Assembly: GCA_965202665.1 (NCBI GenBank) | Contig: OZ241841.1 | Coordinates: forward strand, 192,001-256,000 | From: Candidatus Spongiisociaceae bacterium | GTDB taxonomy: Bacteria; Actinomycetota; Acidimicrobiia; Spongiisociales; Spongiisociaceae | Length of the DNA stretch: 64,000 bases | Reading direction: 5' to 3' | Part shown: piece after piece, positions 1 to 12,290 of the stretch | How positions within the stretch are numbered: the first letter of the stretch is position 1 | How the letters are laid out: every line of letters starts with the position of its first letter | Notes under the pieces: model-generated | Seen by the model: the letters and a program-made list of their open reading frames with translations, nothing else | Databases searched by the model: none | What the model was told of the DNA's origin: nothing | Position numbers and translations under genes: made by a program

Positions 1-1
1 G

Positions 2-949
2 GCGATCTGGGTTTTCGCAGAAGAGCAGGACGGGGGGCCCGCCGAGCCGGCTCTTGAAGTGCTGACCAAGGCGGCTTCTTTAGGGGAGACGGCGGTGGTT
101 TACCTGGGGGCCGCCTCCGAGGAGTCGTGGGGGGTTTTGGGCGCGCACGGGGCGGCGCGGGTTTTTCACCTGCCGCCTGAAGGGGGTTTGCCCGCGGCGG
201 GCGCGGCGGCCGCTTTGGCGGACTTGGCGGAACGGGAGTCGCCGACGGCGGCGCTGTTCGCCCAGACCTACACTTCCCGGGACGTGGCGGGAAGGCTGGC
301 GGTCCGTCTGGACCGGCCGGTGGTGTCCAACGCCATAAACTTTTCCCTGGACGGCGGATGTTCGGTGACCTCGGAAATCTTCGGGGGCACGCAGGTGGTG
401 GAAACCTCTTTCACCGGGGCCGCCCCCTACCTGGTGCTGGTGCGCCCCAAGTCGTTCGCGGCTGAGCCGTCCGGGGGCGGGATACCGCCGGTGGAGACGG
501 TTGAAATCCCGGAAACGGGACACGCCGGGTCGGCCCTGGTGGTGGAAACGGTGGCGGAACGGGCGGAAGGGCCGCAACTGGGCGACGCCAAAATCATCGT
601 CAGCGGAGGGCGGGGGCTGGGTTCCGCCGAAGCCTATTCCCTGATCGAGGAGGTGGCCGAACCGCTGCATGCGGCCACCGGGGCCACGCGGGCCATAGTG
701 GACGCCGGCTGGGTGCCCTACGCCAAACAGGTGGGGCAGACGGGCAAGACGGTAAAACCGGATGTGTACATGGCGTGCGGCGTGTCGGGGGCGATGCAGC
801 ATCTGGTGGGAATGAAAGATTCCAAGTTGATCGTGGCCATAAACAAAGACGCGGAGGCCCCCATCTTCTCAGTGGCCGACCTGGGGGTGGTAGGCGATGT
901 GCACAAGGTGCTCCCCCGCCTAACCGAAGCCCTGCAAGCCCGCGGATAA
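2..949 (+). CDS. etfA: Electron transfer flavoprotein alpha subunit (5' end at or before window edge)
   Basis: Frame open from position 2 (AIWVFAEE...); FAD-binding motifs [38 protein letters not shown]. Confidence 0.95.
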   Translation, partial: AIWVFAEEQDGGPAEPALEVLTKAASLGETAVVYLGAASEESWGVLGAHGAARVFHLPPEGGLPAAGAAAALADLAERESPTAALFAQTYTSRDVAGRLAVRLDRPVVSNAINFSLDGGCSVTSEIFGGTQVVETSFTGAAPYLVLVRPKSFAAEPSGGGIPPVETVEIPETGHAGSALVVETVAERAEGPQLGDAKIIVSGGRGLGSAEAYSLIEEVAEPLHAATGATRAIVDAGWVPYAKQVGQTGKTVKPDVYMACGVSGAMQHLVGMKDSKLIVAINKDAEAPIFSVADLGVVGDVHKVLPRLTEALQARG

Positions 950-977
950 TCCCAGCCTCCCAGCGTTAAGAGCCCCT

Positions 978-1991
978 TTACTTCCAGTTGGCTTTTACCA
1001 TTTTGGAAGGTTGCACTCGGGGCGGTTCGCCGGGCATCTTCGGGTAGTTGGGGGGCCAGGGGGCGTCGCCTACGCCGTTGGCTTCGTCGCGGGCCACCCA
1101 TTCCAGCAGGACATCCAGACGGCCCGGTTGGTCGTCTATGCCAGCCATCGGATCGCCTGCTTGCCGGTAGCGTTGTTCGAAGCTGGCCATCGGGAAGTCC
1201 TCTATTTCCACATCGGGCAGTTCCTCCCAGGTGAGCGGGGCGGAAACGTATCCGGTGGGGCGCACCCCATAGGCGGAGGACACGGTTTTGTCGCGGGCGT
1301 TCTGGTTGTAGTCGATGAACACCCCCCGCCGTTCCTCCTTCCACCATTTGGTGGTTACCAGGCCGGGGCGGCGGCGCTCCAACTCCCGTCCGAAAGCCAG
1401 CACCGCCCGGCGGGTCTGGAAAAAATCCCATTCCGGTTCGATGCGCACATAGATGTGAACGCCCCGGCTGCCGGAGGTTTTCGGCCATCCGACCAGGCCC
1501 GCCTCGGCCAGCAGTTCCCGGCCGAGCAGGGCCGCCTGTTTCACATCGGCGAAAGTTACTTCTTCGGTGGGATCGAAATCCAACCGCAACTCATCGGGAT
1601 GGTCCAAATCTTCGGACCGCACCGGCCACGGATGCATATCCAGGCATCCCAGCTGGACGAAGCGGATCAGATCGGCTTCGGTGCGGGGCACGTTCATCCG
1701 CCCAGGCCGTTGCGAAGGGAAACGGATGAGAGCGGTCTCAAAAGGGGTGCGGGGGGAGGCCCGCTTGTTGTAGATGGGAGGCGCGTCCACATTGGACATG
1801 TAACGTTTCATCATCGTGGGCCGCCCGAACACTCCCCGCAGGCACCCTTCCGCCACCGCCGCAAAATGACGGGCCACGTCCAGCTTGGTCCATCCTTGGC
1901 GGGGAAACACCACCCGCTCCGGCGAGGTGAGCCGCACCTGCTCCCCGCCGATGTCAATGATGGTTTCGGAAGTTTCTTTTCCCACCCGCAT
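978..1991 (-). CDS. Stand-alone LigD-type primase-polymerase (Prim-PolC-like)
   Basis: [38 protein letters not shown] motifs of the AEP-family LigD Pol domain; C-terminal [20 protein letters not shown] typical of Prim-PolC; start taken at ATG 1991. Confidence 0.85.
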   Translation of the reverse strand: MRVGKETSETIIDIGGEQVRLTSPERVVFPRQGWTKLDVARHFAAVAEGCLRGVFGRPTMMKRYMSNVDAPPIYNKRASPRTPFETALIRFPSQRPGRMNVPRTEADLIRFVQLGCLDMHPWPVRSEDLDHPDELRLDFDPTEEVTFADVKQAALLGRELLAEAGLVGWPKTSGSRGVHIYVRIEPEWDFFQTRRAVLAFGRELERRRPGLVTTKWWKEERRGVFIDYNQNARDKTVSSAYGVRPTGYVSAPLTWEELPDVEIEDFPMASFEQRYRQAGDPMAGIDDQPGRLDVLLEWVARDEANGVGDAPWPPNYPKMPGEPPRVQPSKMVKANWK

Positions 1992-2038
1992 CAGGATACC
2001 GCCCTCCGTCCCATCGCCCATTTTTTAGAGTGGGGCGG

Positions 2039-2467
2039 ATGACGGCCGGATATTCGGACACTCCGCTGGCCCGCAAACTGGGCATCAAAGAAAACCAACG
2101 GGTGGGCGTGGCTGGCGACCCCGGCCATTTCGCCTCCCTGGCGGAACCCCTCCCGCCCGGAGCGGAACTGGCGCCCGACCCGCAAACACCCTGTCCGGTT
2201 CTGGTGATGTTCACCGCCGCCGAAGAGGACTTCGGAAACCGATTGCCCGGCATGCTCCGCCTGCTGCCCGCCGACGGGTCGTTGTGGGTGGCGCGGCCCA
2301 AGAAGTCGTCGCCCCTGTTCCAAGACCTAACCGAAGACATGATCCGAAAGGCGATCCTGCCGCTGGGCCTGGTGGACAACAAAGTGTGCGCCATCGACCA
2401 AGACTGGAGCGGCCTGCGCCTGGTGGTAAGAAAAGCCAACCGCCCCGATTGGAACCCTCAGACATAA
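2039..2467 (+). CDS. DUF3052-like conserved protein
   Basis: AGYSDTPLARKLGIK...LWVARPKK...GLVDNKVCAIDQDWSGLRLV pattern; TAGAGT -10 box just upstream. Confidence 0.75.
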   Translation: MTAGYSDTPLARKLGIKENQRVGVAGDPGHFASLAEPLPPGAELAPDPQTPCPVLVMFTAAEEDFGNRLPGMLRLLPADGSLWVARPKKSSPLFQDLTEDMIRKAILPLGLVDNKVCAIDQDWSGLRLVVRKANRPDWNPQT

Positions 2468-2739
2468 ACGGGGACTTCAGTTTTGGGAGGGGGATAGTGA
2501 GTTTGCGGAGTAGGTTCTGGTTGGATTTTCCCGCGTAGAGAGGAGGCGGCTGGCGTCCGAAACGCACCTTCCCTGCCCTATTCTGGTGATGCCTGCCCCG
2601 CCGAATATGAAAACGCTTTCTCAAAATTTTTAAAAATTTCGGGGGCCCGCCCCTCACCTTCGTTATGCCAGCTTTGGTTATTCTTGGCCGGTAGCTCAAT
2701 ATAGCGAGCACAGTTTGGCCAGCCCTGTCGTTTGATGTC

Positions 2740-3165
2740 GTGGGGTGTGTTGTCGCCTGCTGTGTTACCCCGGCGTGTTTGACCAACCCGACCCGAGATC
2801 ATCTGGCGGCGGTCGCCGAGGCGCACCGGTCGGGCGGCTACAAATGGTCGCACGCCGACCGGCGGGAGTTCTATACGGATACCGAAAATCTGTTCGTGCT
2901 GTCCGTTGCCGGGAACCAGGAGAAATCGGCCCATAACCCAGCGGGTTGGTTACCCGAACGGAAACTGAACTGGTGCGAATATGTGGCGGAATGGTTGTAT
3001 ATAAAGGGAAAATGGGGATTGTCCGCCGACTTGGCCGCATTGGACGCCATTCGGCGGGTGGTTCAGGAGACGGACTGCGACCCGAACGACCCGGCGGTGC
3101 GGAATGCGCCGGCGGCCACAGCGGTCGCAACCGCTACGGCGGCCGGGGGTGCTATCCCGCCGTAA
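2740..3165 (+). pseudogene. DUF1524/GmrSD-type HNH endonuclease, probably 5'-truncated
   Basis: DHLAAVAEAHRSG..W....RREF...NL......N..K....WLP....WCEY...W...K.KWGL; in-frame TAG at 2692-2694, no clear RBS or signal peptide. Confidence 0.6.
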
Positions 3166-3316
3166 TGAACATGGAATAATGTGGCTATTCGCGCTTTAGC
3201 GGATCTTTCGGATTTGAGGGGGGTGTTTAGCGGGGGTTTGGGTTTTGAGCATGGTGAGAATGATGTTGCAACGATGGCGGGGCGGGGTGAAATGGCGCGT
3301 ATGCAGGCGGGGGCGC

Positions 3317-3393
3317 TATACTGGCCGTTATCCAATCGTCCCGCAGTGGGCGGGGCCGCGGGCACCGGATGGGCCGGCGCCTAGAGAGGAAGC
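3317..3393 (+). promoter_or_regulatory. rpsO promoter (-10 TATACT) and structured 5' leader, possible S15 autoregulatory leader
   Basis: TATACT at 3317-3322; GC-rich leader with ggccg...atcc / ggat...ggccgg complementarity; GAGAGG RBS. Confidence 0.45.
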
Positions 3394-3651
3394 ATGAAAA
3401 CCACCCAAGAGATCATCGCCGAGCACGGTTCGCACGACAGCGATACCGGCTCCCCCGAGGTGCAGGTGGCCCTGCTCAGCGGGCGCATCAACCACCTGAC
3501 CGAACATCTGCGCATCCACAAGCAGGATCATCACAGCCGCCGCGGGTTGCTGATGATGGTGGGCCGCCGCCGCCGTTTGCTGAAATACCTGCGCAGCCAG
3601 GATGTGGAACGCTACCGCAACCTGATCGCCAAGCTGGGCCTGCGCCGCTGA
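3394..3651 (+). CDS. rpsO: 30S ribosomal protein S15
   Basis: [32 protein letters not shown]. Confidence 0.99.
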   Translation: MKTTQEIIAEHGSHDSDTGSPEVQVALLSGRINHLTEHLRIHKQDHHSRRGLLMMVGRRRRLLKYLRSQDVERYRNLIAKLGLRR

Positions 3652-3746
3652 CCGCCGCGTCCGGCCCGTTTCCCTGAAAGAAGTCACCGCGACAGAACCA
3701 AACACATACGCGAACAAAAAACCCAAGTAATCGAGGGCGCGACGGC

Positions 3747-3814
3747 GGCCAGTTGTCAGTTGCCATCCCTTCGCCCGGCTCCCGAATCGAAGGCATGACC
3801 ACTGGTAATTGGTC
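3747..3814 (+). promoter_or_regulatory. Long hairpin in pnp 5' leader (positional analogue of Actino-pnp / RNase III site)
   Basis: GGCCAGTTG-TCAGT (3747-3760) pairs with ACTGG-TAATTGGTC (3801-3814), including G-U pairs, between rpsO and pnp. Confidence 0.6.
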
Positions 3815-3852
3815 CCGCCCCCCTCGCCCAAGCACGACAATGAGGAGGACGC

Positions 3853-6306
3853 GTGTCCAAAATCACGGTAAAGGCCGCCATCGGCGGCAAAGAAATTATT
3901 ATCAGCGCCGGCCATATGGCCGGTCAGGCCAACGGGGCGGTGCAGGTGGAGATCGGGGACACGACCGCCCTGGTGACCGCCGCCGCCAGTCAGAATCCCC
4001 GGGAGGGGGTCAATTTTTTCCCGCTCACCATCGACGTGGAGGAGCGGATGTACGCGGTGGGCCGCATCCCCGGTTCATTTTTCCGCCGGGAGGGGAGGGC
4101 CACCGAGCGGGCCACCCTCAGCGCCCGTTTGATCGACCGGCCGTTGCGCCCCTCCTTCCGGGACGGCTTCCGCAACGACACCCACGTGGTGGCCACCATC
4201 CTGCAAGTGGACGGGGAGAACGCCTACGACGTGCCGTCGCTGAACGGGGCCTCCGCCGCCCTTTCCATCAGCGACATCCCCTTCGAAGGCCCGCTGGGGG
4301 CGGTGCGGCTGGGATTGCGCAAAGGCGAATGGGTTCCGTTCCCCACTTTTACGGAGCTGGAGGAGTGCGTGTTCGACTTGGTGGTGGCGGGCAAGCGCAA
4401 CGCCGCCGGGCAGGTGGACATCGTGATGGTGGAAGCGGGGGCCACCGACAACGCCATGGATCTGATCGCGGGCGGGCAGCCCGCATCCAACGAGGAGACG
4501 GTGGCCGCCGGTTTGGAAGAGGCCAAAACCCACATCGGAACCCTGGTTGACATCCAATCCGATTTGCAAGCCCAGGTCGGCAAAGAGACGGGAGAGTGGC
4601 CGGTGTTCATCGAATACGCCCCCGAAACTTTGGAGAAGGTCGCCGAAGCCGCCGCCGCCGGAGTGTCGGAGGTCATCCGCATCGCCGACAAGTCGGAGCG
4701 CAATCAAGCCCAGTCCGATCTGAAAGAGCGGATCACCGAGCAACTGGCCGGCGAAACCGCCGCCGCGGACGAGGATGCCCCGGCCGCCGATGAGGTGGGA
4801 CGGGCCTTTAGTTCGCTGGTGAAAACCATGATGCGGGAGCGCCTGCTGGAGGAAGGAGTGCGGATAGACGGCCGCTCCAGCGATGAGATTCGCCAGCTGT
4901 CCGCCCAAGTGGGGGTGTTGAACCGGGCGCACGGTTCCTCCATTTTCACCCGCGGCGAAACCCAGGTGCTGAACGTGCTCACGTTGGGGATGCCCCGCAT
5001 GGAACAGATGCTGGACACCATCAGCAACGAAGAAACCAAGCGCTACATGCACCATTACAACTTCCCCCCCTATTCCACCGGCGAGGCCGGTTTTATGCGC
5101 GGGCCCAAGCGCCGGGAGATAGGACACGGGGCGCTGGCCGAGAAAGCGGTGAAGCCGGTGGTGCCCCGCGACGAAGAGTTTCATTACACGTTGCGCCTGG
5201 TGTCGGAGGTTCTGTCCTCCAATGGGTCGTCTTCCATGGCTTCGGTGTGCGCCTCCGCCCTGTCGCTGATGGACGCCGGAGTGGAAATCGACGCGCCGGT
5301 GGCGGGCATCGCCATGGGGCTGGTGGCCGAAGGGGACAGGTACGTCACCCTCACCGACATTTTGGGCGCCGAGGACGCTTTGGGCGATATGGATTTCAAA
5401 GTGGCGGGCACCGCCGACGTGATCACCGCCCTGCAATTGGATATGAAAATCGACGGCCTGCCCTCCGAGGTCCTGGCCGGGGCTTTGGCCCAGGCCAAGG
5501 AGGCCCGCCTGGCCGTGTTGGAGGTGATGGCGGAGGCCATCGACGCCCCCCGCTCCGAACTCCGCGAGTTCGCTCCCCGTTTGGAGTCGGTCAAGGTGCC
5601 GATGGACAAGATCGGCGAAGTCATCGGACCGAAAGGCAAAGTCATCCGGGAGCTGGAGCAGGAAACCGGGGCCGACATTGAAGTGCAGGAGGACGGCACG
5701 GTCCTGATCGCGGCCGACCAGGCCGGGCCTTTGCAGGCGGCCATGCAACGGGTGCGGGACATCGCCTTCCCGCCGGAGGCCGAGCTGAACATGGAATACG
5801 ACGGAACCGTGGTCGGGATAACCGACTTCGGGGCTTTCATCAACATCCTCCCCGGCCGGGACGGATTGTTGCACATTTCCAAGATGGACGCCAACCGCCG
5901 CGTGCAACGGGTGCGGGACTACTTGGAGGAGGGCGACGCCTTGCGGGTGCTGGTGGATTCCATGGACCGGGGCAAAGTCAGTTTGAGTCTGGTCGGCGAG
6001 TTGTCCCCCAAGCCGGGGGCCGACCTTTCCGATTCCGCCGCCCGCGGCCCCCGCCGCGACGACCGGGGGGGAGGCCGCCGCGATGATCGGGGAGGCCCCC
6101 GTCGGGACGACCGGGGCCCCCGCCGCGACAACCGGGGCGGCCCCCGCCGCGACGATCGGGGGGGAGGCCGCCGGGACGACCGGGGCGGCCCCCGCCGCGA
6201 TGATCGGGGAGGCCCCCGTCGGGATGACCGGGCTCCCCGCCGCGACGACCGGGGGGGAAGCCGCCGGTTCGCTTCCTTCGAGGACGAGTTCTCCGGGGGC
6301 AGGTAA
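3853..6306 (+). CDS. pnp: Polyribonucleotide nucleotidyltransferase
   Basis: FFPLTIDVEER, IPGSFFRREG, GHGALAE, SNGSSSMAS, GDMDFKVAG, KH (IGPKGK) and S1 domains. Confidence 0.99.
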   Translation: MSKITVKAAIGGKEIIISAGHMAGQANGAVQVEIGDTTALVTAAASQNPREGVNFFPLTIDVEERMYAVGRIPGSFFRREGRATERATLSARLIDRPLRPSFRDGFRNDTHVVATILQVDGENAYDVPSLNGASAALSISDIPFEGPLGAVRLGLRKGEWVPFPTFTELEECVFDLVVAGKRNAAGQVDIVMVEAGATDNAMDLIAGGQPASNEETVAAGLEEAKTHIGTLVDIQSDLQAQVGKETGEWPVFIEYAPETLEKVAEAAAAGVSEVIRIADKSERNQAQSDLKERITEQLAGETAAADEDAPAADEVGRAFSSLVKTMMRERLLEEGVRIDGRSSDEIRQLSAQVGVLNRAHGSSIFTRGETQVLNVLTLGMPRMEQMLDTISNEETKRYMHHYNFPPYSTGEAGFMRGPKRREIGHGALAEKAVKPVVPRDEEFHYTLRLVSEVLSSNGSSSMASVCASALSLMDAGVEIDAPVAGIAMGLVAEGDRYVTLTDILGAEDALGDMDFKVAGTADVITALQLDMKIDGLPSEVLAGALAQAKEARLAVLEVMAEAIDAPRSELREFAPRLESVKVPMDKIGEVIGPKGKVIRELEQETGADIEVQEDGTVLIAADQAGPLQAAMQRVRDIAFPPEAELNMEYDGTVVGITDFGAFINILPGRDGLLHISKMDANRRVQRVRDYLEEGDALRVLVDSMDRGKVSLSLVGELSPKPGADLSDSAARGPRRDDRGGGRRDDRGGPRRDDRGPRRDNRGGPRRDDRGGGRRDDRGGPRRDDRGGPRRDDRAPRRDDRGGSRRFASFEDEFSGGR
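6049..6258 (+). repeat. Imperfect 18-21 nt coding tandem repeat encoding (P/G)RRDDRGG
   Basis: About 10 RRD(D/N)R units at the PNPase C-terminus. Confidence 0.9.
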
Positions 6307-6349
6307 ACCCCCTCGCTTGAACGGCCCCGGCCCGCTCTAGGGTTGGGGC

Positions 6350-7222
6350 ATGCCGGAACTTCCCGATGTGGCGGTTTACATCGAAGCCTTGGAGCGTTTC
6401 CTAGGCGGGCGCGTTATCAGGCGGGCGGACTCCCGATCGGTGTCCCTGTTACGCACCTACGACCCCCCTTTGGAGTCGGTGGCGGGCCGGGCGGTAGCCG
6501 GTTTCCGGCGGATGGGAAAACGCATCGTGTGGGAGTTGGAGGGGGACGTCTTCATGGTGTTCCACCTGATGGTGGCGGGCCGTTTCCACTGGCGCAAGCC
6601 GGAGGCGGCTTTGCCCAAAAAGACCGGCCTGGCCGCCTTCGGGTTTGAACACGGGACGTTGCATCTGACCGAGCAGGGGGCCAAGAAACGGGCCTCGTTG
6701 CACATCGGGCGCGGGGCGGACTTTTTGGCTGAACACGACCGGGGGGGTTTGGAACCGCTGTCCGCCGGCCGGGACGACTTCGCCCGCGCCCTCACCGCCC
6801 GCAACCGCACCTTGAAACGGGCCCTCACCGACCCCCGCACCCTGTCCGGCGTGGGCAATGCCTACTCCGATGAGATTCTGCACCGGGCCCGCCTGTCCCC
6901 CCTGACGTTGACTTCCCGGCTGACCGACTCGGAGCTGACCCGCCTCTACGAGAGCGCGGGGACCGTGCTGCGGGAATGGATCGACCGTTTGCGCGAAGAA
7001 ACGGGGGAAGGTTTCCCCGGCAAGGTAACCGCTTTCCGGCCGGAGATGGCGGTGCACGGCAAATACGGCTCGCCCTGCCCGGCCTGCGGAACTCCGGTGG
7101 CCCGCATCGTCTACAAGTCCAACGAAACCAACTACTGCCCCGCCTGCCAGACCGGCGGCCGCCTCCTGGCCGACCGTTCCCTGTCCCGCCTGCTGAAAGA
7201 CGACTGGCCGCAGGACGCCTGA
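6350..7222 (+). CDS. Fpg/Nei family DNA glycosylase/AP lyase
   Basis: N-terminal MPELP, H2TH SGVGNAYSDEIL, zinc finger CPAC...YCPACQ. Confidence 0.92.
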   Translation: MPELPDVAVYIEALERFLGGRVIRRADSRSVSLLRTYDPPLESVAGRAVAGFRRMGKRIVWELEGDVFMVFHLMVAGRFHWRKPEAALPKKTGLAAFGFEHGTLHLTEQGAKKRASLHIGRGADFLAEHDRGGLEPLSAGRDDFARALTARNRTLKRALTDPRTLSGVGNAYSDEILHRARLSPLTLTSRLTDSELTRLYESAGTVLREWIDRLREETGEGFPGKVTAFRPEMAVHGKYGSPCPACGTPVARIVYKSNETNYCPACQTGGRLLADRSLSRLLKDDWPQDA

Positions 7223-7244
7223 CGCCCGCCCCGCCCCCGGTGGG

Positions 7245-8000
7245 CTATCGGGCGGCGGCCGGTTCCCCGCCCGGCTCGGCCGCTTCCCGCACGCAGGCCT
7301 CCACTTCTTTGACCAGTTGGTTGAGTTCGGCCTTTTCCAGTCCGGCGGTGGGGCGGGGGGCCATCACCGTCACCCGAATCGGCCCCGGCCGTATAAGTTT
7401 GCGGCCCGGAGCCCACACTTCCCGGCTGCCGACGATGGCGGTGGGCAGCACCGGAACCTGCAGGTTGCGGGCGATGGTGAAAGCCCCTTTTTTGAACTTT
7501 TTCATCCGCCCGTCCCGGGGCCGGGTTCCCTCCGGGTAGATCATCAGCGACCGCCCCAGATTCACCGCTTGGGCCGCATCCCGGTTGATCGCCCCGTGTT
7601 CGGCCCGCCCGCCGCCCCGGTCCACCCGCACCATCCCCACCGCCCGCAACGCCCCCCCGAAGACGGGAATCCGAAAAAGTTCCGCTTTGGCCAAAAACCG
7701 GATGGGGAGCGGCAGGCCCGCTAAGTGCGACATGGTGTCGAAGTTGGACAAATGGTTGGACACCACCACGTAGGAGACCCCCGGTTGGATGTGCTCCAGT
7801 CCCCGCACGGTCAGCCGCACCCCGGCCGTCCGGCAAAAAACCTTCCCCCATTGGGAGGCCATTCGGTCCATCAGCGGCGAGGCGGGGCGGAGCAGGCCGA
7901 GGATGATCACCGTCGTCCCGTAGAAGAAAGTGACCGCCCCCATCACCGCGTAGGTGAGGGCGGCGCGCAGGAGGTGAAATGGCCGCCGCATCCGCCGCAT
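7245..8000 (-). CDS. plsC: 1-acyl-sn-glycerol-3-phosphate acyltransferase
   Basis: NHLSNFD (HX4D), FLAKAEL, YPEGTR motifs; start at ATG 8000 inferred. Confidence 0.88.
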   Translation of the reverse strand: MRRMRRPFHLLRAALTYAVMGAVTFFYGTTVIILGLLRPASPLMDRMASQWGKVFCRTAGVRLTVRGLEHIQPGVSYVVVSNHLSNFDTMSHLAGLPLPIRFLAKAELFRIPVFGGALRAVGMVRVDRGGGRAEHGAINRDAAQAVNLGRSLMIYPEGTRPRDGRMKKFKKGAFTIARNLQVPVLPTAIVGSREVWAPGRKLIRPGPIRVTVMAPRPTAGLEKAELNQLVKEVEACVREAAEPGGEPAAAR

Positions 8001-8081
8001 CCTACCGATTTTTCCGCCCCCGCCCCGCCCTCCGGTTCCGGCTTCCGACTTGCGACCGCCGGCGGCGATTACAATCGGCGC

Positions 8082-8374
8082 ATGCCCATCGACATAGACA
8101 TCGCCCATGTGGCGCGCCTGGCCCGGTTGAGCCTGACCGAGAAAGAGTTGGAAAACTACGGACGGCAGTGCGCCGACATCTTGCAACACGCCGCCCGGGT
8201 GTCGGCGGTGGACGCCTCCGGGGCGGAGCCGACCGCCCATCCGATGGCTTTGAGCAACGTTTTGCGGGAAGACGAGACGGCCCCGGAGCGGATTCTGGAC
8301 CGGGAAACGGTCTTATCCCAGGCCCCCGCCGTGGAAGACGGCCTCTTCCGGGTCCCGCCCGCTTTGGAGGAGGG

Positions 8375-8378
<4 letters not shown>
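8082..8378 (+). CDS. gatC: Asp/Glu-tRNA amidotransferase subunit C
   Basis: IAHVARLARL...NVLRED...QAP...F.VP; precedes gatAB; TACAAT-N6-ATG. Confidence 0.95.
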
Positions 8379-9855
<1,477 letters not shown>

Positions 9856-9859
<4 letters not shown>

Positions 9860-11304
9860 ACCCGGAGCCGGTGATCGGTTTGGAAACCCATGTGGAGTTG
9901 TCCACCGCCTCCAAGATGTTCTGCGGGTGCCCGGCCGATTTCCACGCCCCTCCCAACACCAACGTATGCCCGGTGTGCCTGGGCCTGCCCGGGGCGTTGC
10001 CGGTTCCCAACCGGGAGGCGATGGACCGCATCATCCGCATCGGTTTGGCCCTCAACTGCTCCATCGCCGGGCATTCGGTGTTTCACCGCAAAAACTATTT
10101 CTACGCCGACCTTCCAAAAAATTATCAGATTTCCCAGTTTGATCTGCCGGTGTGCGTGGACGGGTTTTTGGAGGTGGAGGGGGAACATCCGGTGCGGGTG
10201 GGCATCGAGCGGGTTCATCAGGAGGAGGACACCGGCAAGTCCTCCCATGTGGGGGGGGACGGCCGCATCGCCTCCGCCGATTATTCCCTGCTGGACTTCA
10301 ACCGCTCCGGGGTGCCGCTGGTGGAAATTGTGACCCGCCCCGACTTGCGTTCCGCCGCCGGGGCCCGGGCCTACGCCCAGGAACTGCGGCTGCTGGTGGA
10401 GGCGCTGGGCTTGTCCGACGCCAAACTGGAGGAGGGTTCCATCCGTTTCGACGCCAACGTGTCGGTGCGCCCCGGTCCGGACGCCCCGTTGGGAACCAAA
10501 GTGGAAATAAAAAACATGAACTCGTTCCGTTCTTTGGAGCGGGCGGTGGATTTCGAGATCGGCCGGCAGACGACCGAATTGGAGGCGGGGCGGGCCATCC
10601 TGATGGAAACCCGCCACTGGGACGAGGAGGCGGGCGTCACCCGCAGCGGCCGGGTCAAAGAGGGTTCCTCCGACTACCGCTATTTCCCCGACCCGGATTT
10701 GCCGCCCCTGCAGTTTGACGCGGCCTGGGTGGAGAAGGCGGCCAATCGCATTCCGGAGTTGCCCGCCGCCCGCCGAGCCCGCTACCGGACGCTGGGGGCG
10801 GATGCGGAGCAGGCGGCTTTGCTGGCGGTGTCCGAACCGGGCCTGCGGGACCTGTTCGAAGGGGCGGTCGCCGCCGGGGCGGAGGCGGGGACGGCCGCCA
10901 ACTGGACGACCGGGGAGGTGGTGGCGGCCCTGCGCCGGGCGGGGGACGTCCCCGTGTCCGGCACTTCCCTAACCGCCCCCCGTCTGGCGGAACTGCTGGA
11001 GATGGTGGGCGATGATTCCCTGTCTTCTTCGGCGGCCCGGGAGGTTCTGGCCGGGGTGATGGCGGGAGAGGGCTCCCCCCGGGAGGTGGCCGAAGCCCGG
11101 GATTTGCTGCAGGTTTCCGACGCCGGGCTGTTGGAGGAGGCGGTGGAGCGGGAGGCGGCCGAACACCCCGAAGAATGGGCCCGTCTCCAAGCCGGAGAGC
11201 AAAAACTGGTCGGGTTTTTCGTAGGCCGGCTGATGCGCCGCACCGGAGGCAAAGCCGACCCGAAACTGGCCGCCCGGCTAATCCGCGCCCGGGCCGGCCT
11301 GTAG
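9856..11304 (+). CDS. gatB: Asp/Glu-tRNA amidotransferase subunit B
   Basis: VIGLETHVEL, RKNYFY.DLPKNYQISQ, EEDTGK, DYRYFPDPDL; GTGA overlap with gatA. Confidence 0.97.
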
Positions 11305-11537
11305 CCCCAAAACGTTTCATCCTCTTGATTGCCCCAGCGGGCGCCGCCGACCGGCATCCGAAACGGGGACGCCAACCCAAACAGCCCCCGCGCTGGCAAC
11401 CGCGCCGTTTCACTCCGCTTACCGTCGCCCGCGGGCGGCGCGACGCAAGTGGTCCGCTTAGTTTAGCAGATGGTGTAACCTAGCCGTGCGGGAGGCGCCT
11501 CCGCGCAACGGTTTGCCACTACAGGAGGGAGCAACAC

Positions 11538-11753
11538 ATGGGGCTGACAAAAGAGGACCGCGAGGTCCTAGACGCACTCGAGAACGCGGGCAAGCTCTAC
11601 GAACGCTACCTAGAGCTCTCCCGCATCACGGACCTCACCCCTGACAAAAAGGAGAGAGCACCCATCCCCCCTCCCCCACCGCCCACCGACTTCGGCTTCC
11701 GCAAGAGGCCAAACCGCTTTTGGAGTTTCCCAGATCCTTTGGGGACAAACTAG
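11538..11753 (+). CDS. Hypothetical 71-aa protein
   Basis: Strong RBS (AGGAGG) before ATG; helical N-half and poly-Pro stretch; no recognised family. Confidence 0.5.
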   Translation: MGLTKEDREVLDALENAGKLYERYLELSRITDLTPDKKERAPIPPPPPPTDFGFRKRPNRFWSFPDPLGTN

Positions 11754-11837
11754 TCCAGTACATGCCCCTCGCCCTATGACTTGTCAACACGGTTAGTTTA
11801 GTTTTGGCCACACCCATAGCGGGAAAGGAGGACTGCC

Positions 11838-12290
11838 ATGACAACCACGGCCGATTCCGAGCAGACCACACGCAACTTTCTGTCCAGCGATGCGGTCGCT
11901 GCTTTGCTGGCTCATTATCCAGGGACTACTTTCGAGGCAAACCCAACCCAGTTGCAAGCAGGGTTCCGGCGTGTGTCCCAGGATTACCCTGAACTGCTTG
12001 GCCATGTGTCTTTTGGCAAAGTTGGCGAGTACGTCGGGTCAGCCACCATCGAGGCCGCCTTGGATAGCTTGGCGGCCACTGGATTTTATAGTCGTTACAA
12101 CAAGGATCTGGTAACCTGCGAACTAAACAAGCATAATCTATCGGAATATTACAATAACTTCCTCAAGCCCAGATTTGAGAAATCGGGCATTAGTTGTGAC
12201 AAGATTAAAGAGGCGGCTAACTTCCTATGCGAATCGCTCCAAGAAATTCGCGATTCATCCGACCTATCACTACTGATGGTGCTTGAATAA
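11838..12290 (+). CDS. Hypothetical protein, possibly winged-helix (YwgA/Panacea-like)
   Basis: AGGAGG RBS; F.......S..I..ALD.L...GF pattern loosely resembles YwgA/SocA-like folds; lower GC than flanks. Confidence 0.55.
   Translation: MTTTADSEQTTRNFLSSDAVAALLAHYPGTTFEANPTQLQAGFRRVSQDYPELLGHVSFGKVGEYVGSATIEAALDSLAATGFYSRYNKDLVTCELNKHNLSEYYNNFLKPRFEKSGISCDKIKEAANFLCESLQEIRDSSDLSLLMVLE

Noticed and set aside
978-7222. NHEJ or excision-repair operon (LigD-type polymerase plus Fpg/Nei)
   Set aside because: No Ku or ligase in the window; the two genes are separated by rpsO-pnp and on opposite strands.
11782-11804. TGTCAA...TAGTTT before the 150-aa islet ORF as a sixth regulon site
   Set aside because: Spacer is 11 nt rather than 10 and the hexamer deviates.
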